Below, one piece after another: positions 62,649 to 64,000 of a DNA stretch of 64,000 bases; within the stretch, counting starts at the first letter, position 1; every line of letters starts with the position of its first letter. Made by a program: the position numbers and the translations under genes. This DNA comes from Squalus acanthias (Eukaryota). Under the pieces are notes generated by a model, which made no database searches, had not been told where the DNA came from, and worked only from the letters and a program-made list of their open reading frames with translations. The DNA lies in contig CM059431.1 of assembly GCA_030390025.1 (NCBI GenBank), positions 128,652,001-128,716,000 of the forward strand, in the 5' to 3' direction.

Positions 62649-63720
62649 GGCTAAAAATTCGATAGCCCCCAAAAACAGACGTGGGGATCGTAATGCGCTA
62701 TTAAACCGTGCCCATTCAAAGTAATGCAGGCAGAATGCAAACGTCACGCTGCCTGCTAATTTAAATGATAGTGGCGTGCAGCCCAATGCTAATCCTGCTG
62801 CTGAGTGGCTGCACGCTCAGCAGGGAGCCCAAGTTTGTGCGAGGCTAGCACCAATTAAAGCTAGCCTGCAGTTCTTAAAGCTAGCCTGCATCTTTTGAAG
62901 GGGAGGTGCATTTTGATGACAGCAGGTGCTGTAATTCATTCCAAAAGGCACTTTCAACTGGGAAACAGCAATGGCACAACAGGCCAGAGAGAGGGCTCCA
63001 AGGTTCTCAGACGCAGCACTGGAGGCCTTACTACAGGAGGTGGAGAGGGGGAGAGCGTTCGTGTTTCTATAGGGGGCCAGGAGGCCTACCAGACAGACAC
63101 TGCGAAGGCAGTGGGTGCAGATAGCAACGGAGGTCAATGCCAACAGTGTTGCCCCGAGGACTTGGATCCAATATGGAAGAAGTTCGATGACCTCACACGA
63201 GTGGTCAGTGAATTCATCTTCAAATGCCATATCCCACAAACTGCACCACTAGCCTCACACACTGCTCAATTCAACACACCCCCATTACTCACCTACCAAC
63301 GATCTCTATCAATCAGGACTCAGCTCTCACATTCATATGCTCCATCTCATTCTCACAAACTTACCACTGCTACAAGCCTCACACCCACATCTCACAGCTT
63401 GCACATACTGCCAGCTATTCAACCATGACAGCCACATCAGTCAAACACAGTGAACCATACTTACTGACAAACTGCCTTCTCTCTTGCAGGACACAACCGT
63501 AGGCAGCAGCAGCCAACTGGAGGGGGATAGGTTCACCTCCATATCCTGACACCGCTCGAAGAGACGGTGCTCCGCAACTAACTTGTAAGTAGGTGATGAT
63601 CCCTTTAAATAGCGCAGGTGGGGGTCCTTCCTGCTGCTGAACGCATATTCAGCTGTGGGAGGTTAGCTGGAGTGTTGAGTTTGAATATGGTAGCGCTGGC
63701 ATCAATTCAGTGTTCCATGC
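62649..63720 (+). mobile_element. Harbinger remnant with Myb/SANT exon 1 (distinct subfamily)
   Basis: TIR-like GGGCTAAAAATTC; ATG 62971 MAQQARERAPRFSDAALEALLQEV, frameshift, then QWVQIATEVNANSVAPRTWIQYGKKFDDL. Confidence 0.75.
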
Positions 63721-63723
63721 TGA

Positions 63724-63915
63724 TAAGAACATGCGAACATGAGAACATTGAATTAGGAGCAGGAGTCGGCCATTCGGCCCCTCAAGTCAGCCCCGCCATT
63801 CAATAAGATCATGGCTGATCTTCAACTTCAATTCTACTTTTCTGCCTGATCTCCTATCACTTGATTCCCCTAGAGTCCAAAAATCTATCTACCTCAGCCT
63901 TAAATATACTCATGA
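63724..63915 (-). mobile_element. CR1 3' end
   Basis: AGGAGCAGGAGTCGGCCATTCGGCCCCTC..AGATCATGGCTGATC..AAATCTATCTACCTCAGCCTTAAATATA as in the other CR1 3' UTRs. Confidence 0.85.
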
Positions 63916-64000
63916 TATCGGGTTCATGTCACGCTACAGAACGTGACTTGACATCATTGCCGGTCTTTCCAGCTTTTTAAAAAAACAAACACAAGAAACA

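Overview
Eukaryotic non-coding DNA made almost entirely of nested transposable elements; no host protein-coding exon could be supported. The repeat repertoire (CR1 LINEs, HE1/V-SINE-like and SacSINE1/Deu-like SINEs, Penelope-like elements) suggests a cartilaginous fish, which is my inference. Main content: (1) a PIF/Harbinger family in many states, including one full-length 5.4 kb element (29071-34491, 15-bp TIRs, 3-bp TSD) with a convergent 3-exon Myb/SANT gene and HARBI1-like transposase, a second CR1-disrupted copy, internally deleted derivatives, several MITE families and old remnants; (2) a full-length Gypsy (Mag-like) LTR retrotransposon (45315-50064, 218-bp LTRs, ATAAG TSD) with no tRNA-type PBS but a 12-nt sequence at the PBS position complementary to its own LTR; (3) Penelope-like GIY-YIG retroelements and two palindromic mini-elements with TSDs that carry minimal hammerhead-ribozyme motifs; (4) CR1 LINE fragments, SINEs, a probable solo LTR, a decayed second Gypsy and a ~3.1 kb CAGG(CA)n tract. 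Boundaries of degraded repeats are approximate and family names come from recall of motifs, not database searches.
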